This document shows positions 40,204 through 48,566 of a DNA stretch of 64,000 bases, piece after piece. Origin of the DNA: a virus. The notes under the pieces are model-generated. The model ran no database searches and was not told where the DNA came from. It worked only from the letters and a program-made list of their open reading frames with translations. The stretch's first letter is position 1. Every line of letters begins with the position of its first letter. The position numbers were made by a program, and so were the translations under genes. The stretch lies in IMG/VR virus record IMGVR_UViG_3300042868_010125, positions 1 to 64,000 of that record, one strand, 5' to 3'.

Positions 40204-40211
40204 AATTACTT

Positions 40212-40526
40212 TTATTCATATCCTTGGTTTTTAAAAAATATCAATCCTTCTTCAGTAGCAGAGAACACTGCTTTAAGATCTTCGTTATATTCAATTTTGA
40301 TAAGACCCATTTCATACAAATCAATTAAATTATCGTTTATTCCATTCATAATTTCATCGTACATTTCAGGAAGTAGAATTTTCATTAACTCAAAGTTATA
40401 TGTGTAAGTGAGTTCCCCATCTTCATCAAAACCATCTTCTATTAAAATTCCAGCCTCAATCATGCGTTCTACAAAATCATCCGCCTCGTCATCCGAGAGA
40501 TACTCGAAGTCTTCCATGTCATCCAT
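40212..40526 (-). CDS. Acidic hypothetical protein
   Basis: Leaderless -10 TAAGAT. Confidence 0.6.
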   Translation of the reverse strand: MDDMEDFEYLSDDEADDFVERMIEAGILIEDGFDEDGELTYTYNFELMKILLPEMYDEIMNGINDNLIDLYEMGLIKIEYNEDLKAVFSATEEGLIFFKNQGYE

Positions 40527-40556
40527 ACTAGAAATCTTAACTGATATACTGGATAT

Positions 40557-40796
40557 ATGATTTATTCTAAGTTTGGCGAGTCGGATGTTTATGTTTACTC
40601 CATCGCTGGTCGCGGCCTTGTATGCGCAATGTGTTACTTTGGTGACGAGTTAGAAGTTTCCTTTAATGCAGAGTCAACGCAAGAAATGATTGACCACCTT
40701 AACGCCCACCAAAAAATTGGTCACTCCCTCCCTCCCAATCTCCTTAACCTCCTCCTTCTCGATAACCTAGTTAATTATCCCGATTCTCTTTCTTAG
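40557..40796 (+). CDS. Small C2H2-like protein
   Basis: SDVYVY...CAMC...HL.AH; leaderless TATACT. Confidence 0.6.
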   Translation: MIYSKFGESDVYVYSIAGRGLVCAMCYFGDELEVSFNAESTQEMIDHLNAHQKIGHSLPPNLLNLLLLDNLVNYPDSLS

Positions 40797-40863
40797 TACG
40801 GAACGAGAGCGCGAAAAAACAGATTTTCAAAGCAAGGTATAATTAACTTCTTTAAGGAGTTTC

Positions 40864-41763
40864 ATGCCAATCCTAGGAACATCTGCGTCGGGATACGTTG
40901 ATCCTTCGTACACACTTTATCAAACATTTAATGCATCTGGAACATTCACTATGCCTAATACTGCAACGCAGGTGGCAATTTTTATTATTAGTGGCGGAGG
41001 TGGCGGAGGTGCTGGCGGAAACGTTGGAAACTTAAATACTAAATTCCAAACTTATAACACTGGTGCATCGGGAGGTGGTGGCGGTGCGTCTGGAATTGTT
41101 GCCGCTGCCCAAGATGTGACATTAACTCCTGGAGCAACTTATCCTATAGTCGTTGGTGCAGGTGGCACTGGCGGTACTAAAGGTTTTGTACCATATAACG
41201 GTGGTACAGGTGGACAAAGTTCATTTTCTAATAACAGCAGCAGCCTGATAACAGTTAACGGTGGTGGAGGAGGTACTAGTAACTATGCAACTAGAACAGG
41301 TGGTCCTTCTGCCGGAGGAACTGTCGGTAGTATCAGCGCAAACGTAGTGTATAACTCCGCTTCACCGCAGGCAGGTGGAGATAGCGCAACAGCACAAGGG
41401 AGCGCGGCCATATCAAACAACACCGCAATTAACCTAAGCATGACACTTCCAGGAGCAGGAACAGTCAATAAACAGATAGGCTCCGGCGGAGCGGGTGGAG
41501 GGTCAGGTGCTTCTGGTCGTAACGGAGCAGGACTAAATAACGGTGGGTCATCAAGCAACGGTGGCGGAAGCGGAGGTAACGGCGGTAACGCTACTACTAA
41601 CGCCGGATCGACCGGTAACATCGGAAACGGTGCTAATATTATTGGTGGTGGAGGAGGCGGTGGTGGCGGTGCAGGAACTCCTTCCACTGACGCTGGAAAC
41701 GTAGGAGACGGAACAAACGCCGGGGCAGGACAAGCTGGACAGGTAATCATCTACGTTAAGTAA
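40864..41763 (+). CDS. Glycine-rich virion protein (MPILG family)
   Basis: Poly-Gly runs; GQVIIY C-terminus. Confidence 0.75.
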   Translation: MPILGTSASGYVDPSYTLYQTFNASGTFTMPNTATQVAIFIISGGGGGGAGGNVGNLNTKFQTYNTGASGGGGGASGIVAAAQDVTLTPGATYPIVVGAGGTGGTKGFVPYNGGTGGQSSFSNNSSSLITVNGGGGGTSNYATRTGGPSAGGTVGSISANVVYNSASPQAGGDSATAQGSAAISNNTAINLSMTLPGAGTVNKQIGSGGAGGGSGASGRNGAGLNNGGSSSNGGGSGGNGGNATTNAGSTGNIGNGANIIGGGGGGGGGAGTPSTDAGNVGDGTNAGAGQAGQVIIYVK

Positions 41764-41837
41764 TAACATAAATCTTTCACCGCAGGTCAGACAAATTCAA
41801 ATAAAATATTTAAGAACCTGCTACTAAATAAGTAATT

Positions 41838-42305
41838 TTACTTGTTGTGTTCCTTTGCCATCTCTGCAAGAAAATCAGGGGTGCCTATCCAGTTTTTAGC
41901 GCCGTCAACAGCCCACATAAGATTTAACTGCTTACGCAACGCGTACATAAGTATCCACGTCAATGTTCTTGAGTCAAGAGTATTGCCTGCCTCAACGAGA
42001 GATAGAAACTCGATATCCGTATCAGGAAGCTTCTTTCGCATAACTATCGCATTAACCTGGTTAGGTTTTAACCACTCGGGAAACTCAGAGTTATCCAGCC
42101 ACTCGCACTTAAACGAGACGCACGGTTCCTTTGGCCGCTGTGAGTAAATAGTGCATCCTGTTCCAATAGCAATAAAGTGACATGGACGACCTGGATAGAA
42201 CTCGTGCCCGTGTGCACTTCCTGTCAGATAACCTTCGCAGCACTTCGTGCAATCACCACAACTACGTTGCACTGGTTTTAACTCTAACTTTACTTTATTG
42301 CTCAT
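41838..42305 (-). CDS. YkgJ-like CxxCxxCC protein, paralog of 34815
   Basis: CGDCTKCCEGY; leaderless start MSNKV. Confidence 0.7.
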   Translation of the reverse strand: MSNKVKLELKPVQRSCGDCTKCCEGYLTGSAHGHEFYPGRPCHFIAIGTGCTIYSQRPKEPCVSFKCEWLDNSEFPEWLKPNQVNAIVMRKKLPDTDIEFLSLVEAGNTLDSRTLTWILMYALRKQLNLMWAVDGAKNWIGTPDFLAEMAKEHNK

Positions 42306-42432
42306 TATGAAATCATACCACCTTCCCCCTCCTTTTTTCATCCTCTTCTTCTTTTTCTTCTCCTTACGGAAAGGGAGCGCGGAAAAACGCATTTTTAATC
42401 TAAGGTATAATTAAGCATCTTTAAGGAGTAAC

Positions 42433-43257
42433 ATGCCAATTTTAGGAACAGTAAGTTCTGGATATGTGCAACCAGTGTACTCACTTGCGCTAACTGCTAA
42501 CAACACCCAAAACTGGACCGTACCTGCGGGAGTGAGTAGCATAGTTGTAGTTACAATTGGTGGAGGAGGATCAGGAAGCTCTATAAGTAATAATGGAAGT
42601 CTATCTGGTGGTGGAGGCGGAGGTGCAGGTGGAGCAGCAGCAGCAATCATCCCTGTAACAGCAGGACAGACATACTCTGTTACTGTAGCAGGTGCGTCTG
42701 GGACATCAAAGATTACATCACCTAACTCTGTTGATTTGGTAACTGCAAACGGAGGAAGTAACGTTGCCACTGTTACGCAGAACGGTGGAAGTGGTGGCAA
42801 TGGAAGCTCTAATATTGAAAAATCATTTACAGCATCTGGTGGAAGTGGTGGTAACGGTGGTAACTACTCAACCTCAAGTGCGTTAGGAAATAACGGTGAT
42901 AATGGAGGAGCAAATTCCACTGGAAACTTTGCTATTGACGTAGCAGGACTACCTAACTACGCTGTTTCCTTATATGGTGGAGGCGGTGGCGGAGGCGGAG
43001 CTTTTGCCTCTGGAAGCAGACTTGTCTCAGCTAAAAGAAACGGTGGAACTGGCGGAGGAAACGCGGGAAATGGAGGAAGTGGCTTTTACCAAAATAGCAC
43101 TAACTCACCTGTAAGTGCTAATGCTGGTAACGCAGGAACTGTAGGCGGTGGCGGAGGTGGAGGCGGCGGTGGTTACTTTTTTATTAGCGTAGAACAAGGT
43201 AGAGGTGGCGATGGTGGAGCTGGATCAAACGGACAGGTAGTAATATATTCTGCCTAA
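42433..43257 (+). CDS. Glycine-rich virion protein (MPILG family)
   Basis: Poly-Gly runs; GQVVIY C-terminus. Confidence 0.75.
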   Translation: MPILGTVSSGYVQPVYSLALTANNTQNWTVPAGVSSIVVVTIGGGGSGSSISNNGSLSGGGGGGAGGAAAAIIPVTAGQTYSVTVAGASGTSKITSPNSVDLVTANGGSNVATVTQNGGSGGNGSSNIEKSFTASGGSGGNGGNYSTSSALGNNGDNGGANSTGNFAIDVAGLPNYAVSLYGGGGGGGGAFASGSRLVSAKRNGGTGGGNAGNGGSGFYQNSTNSPVSANAGNAGTVGGGGGGGGGGYFFISVEQGRGGDGGAGSNGQVVIYSA

Positions 43258-43339
43258 CTAGCATATCATTTATTTTTAGGATATGTAAAGTAAGATTATA
43301 ATTTTAGCGATAAAATTAACAAGTACGAAAGGAAAAGAT

Positions 43340-43639
43340 ATGGGTACATACGCGGTTATTGAGAACACAAAGGTAACAAACGTTATCGTAGCGGAGTCTA
43401 GGGATATCGCCGAGGACGTGACAGGACATACGTGCGTCGAGTACACCGAGTCAGATCCTGCAGGAATCGGCTGGGACTATGACGGAGAGATGTTTATCTC
43501 ACCTCGTCCCTTTGCATCATGGACCTTTGATAGAGCTACAAAGACATGGAACGCTCCAGTTCCTATGCCTAAAGATGGGCTTTATACTTGGAACGAAACA
43601 ACTGGCTCTTGGGATGTTGTAGCACCAACTGAAGAATAA
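43340..43639 (+). CDS. Partner/chaperone of Gly-rich fibre
   Basis: AGIGWDYD...FISPRPFASW...W.APVPMP. Confidence 0.55.
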   Translation: MGTYAVIENTKVTNVIVAESRDIAEDVTGHTCVEYTESDPAGIGWDYDGEMFISPRPFASWTFDRATKTWNAPVPMPKDGLYTWNETTGSWDVVAPTEE

Positions 43640-43694
43640 ATGTAATAGTATAGTTTTCTTGCGTAGACTTAGCTCACAATAGAAAAGACGTACT

Positions 43695-44423
43695 ATGACA
43701 AACATTGTTTTTACCGATACTTTCGGTGTACCTGAAGAATATATACCTAAGCCTGCAACATCTTTTGTACCTGACTGGTATAAAAATATGGAGTCATATA
43801 TTACAGGTGAAAAAACTCCTGACGGAAATGGAATGACAACTGGTACGTTAAAACGTTGTATGCCAGTCTTCGACTCTATTACTGCAGGCTATATTTTGAC
43901 TACGTACGTTGATGTTTATGTATCACAAAAAGATGGAACGTCGATAAGTAAAAGTACAGGTAGAAAGAAAAAGATAAAGGTACCTTGGTACGAGTGGCCA
44001 TCATATGGGCCAATACAATTTCACCCAGTTGAGCAAGCCCCAGAACACCCTCTTGCAAATGGTTTTTCATACCCTAAATGGATTAATCCATGGAGCATAA
44101 CTACACCTCCTGGATACTCAGTTATGTTTACAGCGCCAGTTCATCGCAAATCAGTCTTTACAATACTAGATGGGGTAGTAGATACCGACACTTACACCGC
44201 CCCTGTTAACTTCCCTTTTGTGCTTAAAGACCACACATACGAAGGGCTAATCCCTGCAGGCACTCCTATGGCACAGGTAATTCCATTTAAACGCGAGTCC
44301 TGGGAAATGACAATAGGAAATAACGAAGAGTTACTACAGCAAAACAAAGTAACAACTCTCTTACGCACAAAGTTTTTTGACTCATACAAATCTCAATTTA
44401 GAACTGTCAAAGAGTACAAATAA
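43695..44423 (+). CDS. Hypothetical protein, possible dUTPase-like beta-clip fold
   Basis: KRCMP..D, GVVDTD, IPAGTPMAQVIPFKRE. Confidence 0.5.
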   Translation: MTNIVFTDTFGVPEEYIPKPATSFVPDWYKNMESYITGEKTPDGNGMTTGTLKRCMPVFDSITAGYILTTYVDVYVSQKDGTSISKSTGRKKKIKVPWYEWPSYGPIQFHPVEQAPEHPLANGFSYPKWINPWSITTPPGYSVMFTAPVHRKSVFTILDGVVDTDTYTAPVNFPFVLKDHTYEGLIPAGTPMAQVIPFKRESWEMTIGNNEELLQQNKVTTLLRTKFFDSYKSQFRTVKEYK

Positions 44424-44531
44424 CCCCCTCCCCCCTTTTTTACTCTCTGCTGCCTCCTCTAACGGAACGAGAGCGCGAAAAAACGCATTTTTAAACTGCG
44501 CTATAATTAGCTATCTAAACAAAGGATTCCC

Positions 44532-45374
44532 GTGCCACTTTTAGGAACTTCTGCTTCTCAGAATAGCAAATCTTTCTTAAATACCCCTGTCGAGTTACTT
44601 GTAGTTGGTGGTGGTGGTTCAGGTGGTGTTTATTGGGCTGGTGGTGGTGGAGCTGGTGGATACAGAACTTTTTCAAATTTAAGTGGAGTAAAGGGAACTA
44701 CTTACACAATTGTTGTAGGCGGCGGTGCAGCAGCTAGAACAACAGGTCAACAAGGTGGACGTTCAGGCAGCGCTAGTTCTGCATTTACATATAGTTCTGC
44801 TGGTGGTGGTGGTGGCGGTGGAGATAACGGCGGCGAAAGAATTGGTCTTGCTGGTGGTTCTGGCGGAGGTGGTGCTGGCAATGTAACTTCCGCTGGTGGT
44901 GCTGGTAATACTCCTTCAACTTCTCCTTCACAAGGAAACAATGGTGGTAGCGGTGACGGTAACGCTGGTGGCGGAGGTGGTGGAGCTGGAGCCGTTGGCG
45001 CAAGCGGCTCAGGAAACGCAGGTAACGGTGGCAATGGAGCAACTTGGTCAATAAATGGAATAACTTATGCAGGCGGAGGCGGTGGAGCTGCAACCAGTGG
45101 TAACCGTGGATTAGGTGGAACAGGTGGTGGTGGAAATGCTGACCCAGCTGCGTTTTCTAATGCAAGTCCAGGAGCTGCAAATACTGGTGGTGGAGGCGGT
45201 GCGCAAAGACAAAATGGAATGGGTGACTCAGGAGCAGGTGGCTCTGGTGTTGTCATAGTTGCATTTCTTTCTTCTTACCCTACTGCCGCATCTACAACAG
45301 GCTCACCGACAGTTACAACAAGCGGAAGTTATCGTCTATACACTTTTACAGCTAACGGAAGCATCACGTTCTAA
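44532..45374 (+). CDS. Glycine-rich virion protein (MPILG family)
   Basis: Poly-Gly runs; YTFTANGSITF C-terminus. Confidence 0.75.
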   Translation: MPLLGTSASQNSKSFLNTPVELLVVGGGGSGGVYWAGGGGAGGYRTFSNLSGVKGTTYTIVVGGGAAARTTGQQGGRSGSASSAFTYSSAGGGGGGGDNGGERIGLAGGSGGGGAGNVTSAGGAGNTPSTSPSQGNNGGSGDGNAGGGGGGAGAVGASGSGNAGNGGNGATWSINGITYAGGGGGAATSGNRGLGGTGGGGNADPAAFSNASPGAANTGGGGGAQRQNGMGDSGAGGSGVVIVAFLSSYPTAASTTGSPTVTTSGSYRLYTFTANGSITF

Positions 45375-45420
45375 AAACAGTATAAAATAGGACTAGCAAT
45401 CGTTTCAATAAGGAGACAAA

Positions 45421-45753
45421 ATGGCACATTGGGCAGAAATAGACGAGGACGGAATCGTTCTTCGTGTAACCGTCGGATCTAACAATGACGCCGACGAAGG
45501 CTATCAGTGGCTCATCGACAACCTAGGTGGAACCTGGGTTAAGACAAGTTACAACACACAAGGCGGAGTTCACACAAACGGTGGAACACCTTTAAGAAAA
45601 AACTACGCGGGTATCGGGTATTCATATGACTCCGAGCGCGATGCGTTTATCCCGCCTAAAGCTAGCTGTCATGACGAGGAAACACTAAACGAGGACACAT
45701 GTCTTTGGGAGTGCGGTAACGAAGAGCACACCGCGCCTCCACAAATAAGTTAG
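45421..45753 (+). CDS. Partner/chaperone of Gly-rich fibre
   Basis: MAHWAEID...WVKTSYN...RKNYAGIGYSYD...DAFIPP. Confidence 0.6.
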   Translation: MAHWAEIDEDGIVLRVTVGSNNDADEGYQWLIDNLGGTWVKTSYNTQGGVHTNGGTPLRKNYAGIGYSYDSERDAFIPPKASCHDEETLNEDTCLWECGNEEHTAPPQIS

Positions 45754-45767
45754 GATAAAATAAGCCT

Positions 45768-46634
45768 ATGCCAATCCTAGGAAACACATCATCTCACGGT
45801 AAAGGCTCACGTATGGTTACGCCCAACGTTGAGTATCTTGTAGTCGGAGGTGGTGCAAGTGGCGGCTCTGGAGGTCGCGCTGGTGGAGGTGGCGCAGGTG
45901 GTTTTAGAACTGCAACAGGTCTTGCAGTAACTGCTGGAACACCTTTAACTGTAACTGTTGGTGCTGGCGGTGCTGGTTCTACTGGTAACGGAAACAATGG
46001 AAATGCATCAGTATTTGGATCTATTTCTTCCGCTGGCGGTGGCCGCGGTGGCGCAGGCATTAATGGACAAGTGGGAGTTGCAGGTGCGGCTGGCGGTTCA
46101 GGCGGCGGCGGTGGTTGGACTAACGGCGGTGGTTCTCCTGTTGGAGGTGCTGGTAATACTCCTTCTGTTTCTCCTTCACAGGGGAACAGTGGTGGTAACG
46201 GCGCTAATGACAGAGGTGCTGGTGGCGGGGGCGCTGGTGGCTCTGGTGACAGTGGCAATGGAGGTACCGGTGGCACTGGTGGTGCTGGAACTTCATCATC
46301 TATAACAGGAAGTTCTGTTGGATACGCAGGCGGTGGTGGTGGTTCAGGTGGCGGAGGTGGCGGAAGCGGTGGTGGAAGCGGAGGCGGTAACGGCGGTAAT
46401 GCTTTTGGAGGCCTAGGTACTGCTGGCGGAGTAAACACTGGTGGTGGCGGCGGTGGTGGCGGTGCAGAAGGCGGCACTACTTATGCAAGCAGAGCAGGCG
46501 GTTCAGGATTTGTAGCAATTAGATATGCAGACAGTTTCCCTCTAGCAACCGCAACAACTGGTTCACCAACTGTTACAACATCAGGCGGATATAGAATTTA
46601 CCAGTTTACAGCGAACGGGAGTATAACCTTCTAA
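45768..46634 (+). CDS. Glycine-rich virion protein (MPILG family), paralog of 44532
   Basis: Shared GGAGNTPS.SPSQGN.GG and FTANGSITF. Confidence 0.75.
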   Translation: MPILGNTSSHGKGSRMVTPNVEYLVVGGGASGGSGGRAGGGGAGGFRTATGLAVTAGTPLTVTVGAGGAGSTGNGNNGNASVFGSISSAGGGRGGAGINGQVGVAGAAGGSGGGGGWTNGGGSPVGGAGNTPSVSPSQGNSGGNGANDRGAGGGGAGGSGDSGNGGTGGTGGAGTSSSITGSSVGYAGGGGGSGGGGGGSGGGSGGGNGGNAFGGLGTAGGVNTGGGGGGGGAEGGTTYASRAGGSGFVAIRYADSFPLATATTGSPTVTTSGGYRIYQFTANGSITF

Positions 46635-46766
46635 TTGTCAATAGACAGTTTTACCCTCAGATTGAGCGTGTAAAGGTAAGAAATCGTCCAATGTGACACT
46701 TAAGAAATCTCCCTAGGGGAGGCTATTAAATGTACAGTTTTAAGTCTAAGTCTGTATGATACAGTC

Positions 46767-47513
46767 ATGAATATGCTCAATAAAATCCATAATGAAGACT
46801 GTTTAGCAACAATGGCTCGTATGCCTGATGGTTTTATTGACCTAACAGTCACATCTCCTCCTTATGACAATTTACGCAAGTACAACGGTTACTCTTTTGA
46901 TTTCGAGACCATAGCCAAAGAACTATATAGAGTTACAGCAGATAACGGAATGCTTGTGTGGGTTGTTGGTGATGCAGTCATCGCTGGCTCCGAAACTGGG
47001 ACAAGTTTCCGACAAGCACTCTTTTTCAAGGACATTGGTTTCAAACTCCACGACACAATGATTTACGAAAAGAACAGCCCTGCCTACCCAGCAAGTTCAA
47101 TAAGTAACCGTTATACGCAAATCTTTGAGTATATGTTTGTCTTTGCCAAAGGTCAGGTTCCTAAACACCTTATCTGCGATAAACCAAATAAGTGGGCTGG
47201 CTTTAAGGATTTCTCTGGAAAACTTAAAAACCCAGTTCCAGATTTTTCACCTAGAAACAATATCTGGAAGTACACAACATCTTTTAACGGAGTGAAGCAC
47301 CCTGCCCCATTCCCTGAATCTTTAGCGCAAGACCACATCCTTAGTTGGAGTGACGAGGGAGCCACTGTCTATGACCCATTTATGGGAAGCGGAACGACAG
47401 CAAAAATGGCTGCTTTATTCAATAGAAATTTCGTTGGTAGCGAAGTAAGCAGTGAATACTGCGAACTAGCCAATGAAAGACTAAACAAAACACATGACGA
47501 GAGAAGGAAATAA
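46767..47513 (+). CDS. Amino-DNA methyltransferase, beta class (SPPY; likely N4-C, possibly N6-A)
   Basis: TSPPY precedes HPAPFP and DPFMGSGTT. Confidence 0.9.
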   Translation: MNMLNKIHNEDCLATMARMPDGFIDLTVTSPPYDNLRKYNGYSFDFETIAKELYRVTADNGMLVWVVGDAVIAGSETGTSFRQALFFKDIGFKLHDTMIYEKNSPAYPASSISNRYTQIFEYMFVFAKGQVPKHLICDKPNKWAGFKDFSGKLKNPVPDFSPRNNIWKYTTSFNGVKHPAPFPESLAQDHILSWSDEGATVYDPFMGSGTTAKMAALFNRNFVGSEVSSEYCELANERLNKTHDERRK

Positions 47514-47764
47514 TGAATCTAGATAACTGGACACAACCTTTCGAGATTGCCTTTAAGTTGGCTATGTTCTCTTTAGGTTGGCTACTTGTATTGCTAATTG
47601 GGTTTTTTGTACTTGCACTTTCAGTTGCACTTCTAAAATCTGTCCCTGCATTATTTAAGGGCAAAAAGAAATTAAAAAAGGCTACCTTAGAAGACACCTA
47701 TAACGATGCTATGAATCGATTTGCTAAGGCAAAGAACTTCAAGGTTGTAAAAGACGAAGAATAG
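47513..47764 (+). CDS. Membrane protein
   Basis: Long hydrophobic segment. Confidence 0.55.
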   Translation: MNLDNWTQPFEIAFKLAMFSLGWLLVLLIGFFVLALSVALLKSVPALFKGKKKLKKATLEDTYNDAMNRFAKAKNFKVVKDEE

Positions 47765-47827
47765 TCTTGTATACCGATTCTATATTAATAGCATATAAAG
47801 CATATCTAGAGAAGGGTTGTTTTTTCT

Positions 47828-48484
47828 ATGACAGAAAATAAAAAGATAGCTTATTGCTATGCAAGAGTATCTACTCAAATGCAGGTTGACGACGGGGTCA
47901 GTCTAGATGCTCAGGAAAAACAACTTAAGTATGCAGCAGAGTCTCAGGGGTATGAGGTAGAGATGCTTCGTGAAGAAGGTCGTTCAGGAAAAAATATCAC
48001 TGGGCGACCTGTATTAACTGCTGCATTAGAGAGTCTTGATAAAGGTGAAGCAGAGGCTTTGTTTGTTACACGTCTCGACAGACTTGCTCGTTCTACTAGA
48101 GACTTTCTTAGCATTGTCGATCGTTCACATAAGTACGGCTGGCGTCTAGCACTTCTTGATCTTGGTTTAGATACTGCTACGTACCAAGGTCGTTTTGTTG
48201 TAACCATTATGTCTGCAATGGCAGAGATGGAACGTGGAATGATTTCACTTCGGCAAAAAGATGTTCATCAAGATAGACGTGATAATAAAAAAGTATGGGG
48301 TGTTGATTTAGGACCACTACCTTTAGTAGATAAATCAATTTCAGATAGAATATCTTCTGATAGAGATTTAGGTCTTTCTTATAAATCAATTGCAGAAAAA
48401 CTTAATAGCGATGGGGTAAAGACAGTTTTAGGTGGAGTTAAGTGGTATGCATCAACTGTACGACATATTTATTTAAGGAAATAA
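47828..48484 (+). CDS. Serine recombinase (resolvase/invertase family)
   Basis: YARVST, SGK...RP, RLDRLARS, AEMER. Confidence 0.9.
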   Translation: MTENKKIAYCYARVSTQMQVDDGVSLDAQEKQLKYAAESQGYEVEMLREEGRSGKNITGRPVLTAALESLDKGEAEALFVTRLDRLARSTRDFLSIVDRSHKYGWRLALLDLGLDTATYQGRFVVTIMSAMAEMERGMISLRQKDVHQDRRDNKKVWGVDLGPLPLVDKSISDRISSDRDLGLSYKSIAEKLNSDGVKTVLGGVKWYASTVRHIYLRK

Positions 48485-48566
48485 ATAACGTAAAGTATAA
48501 TTAGGGAGTAATTTAGTAAAAAACTAAATTAATAAGACATAAAACCCTACCCCTGGGGGACTCTGA

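Larger units (their letters stand above)
35580..44491 (+). repeat. ~30-bp element ACGGAANGRGAGCGCGAAAAAACGCATTT x6
   Basis: At 35580 (core only), 36231, 37236, 40798, 42366, 44462; usually preceded by a C/T tract and followed by a -10 box. Confidence 0.9.

Noticed and set aside
35580-44491. CRISPR array from the 30-bp repeats
   Set aside because: Copies are 0.6-3.5 kb apart and separated by whole genes; no cas genes.
41283-46477. Pro-rich minus-strand ORFs (41283, 42411, 44747, 45065, 45794)
   Set aside because: Antisense shadows of the poly-Gly genes.
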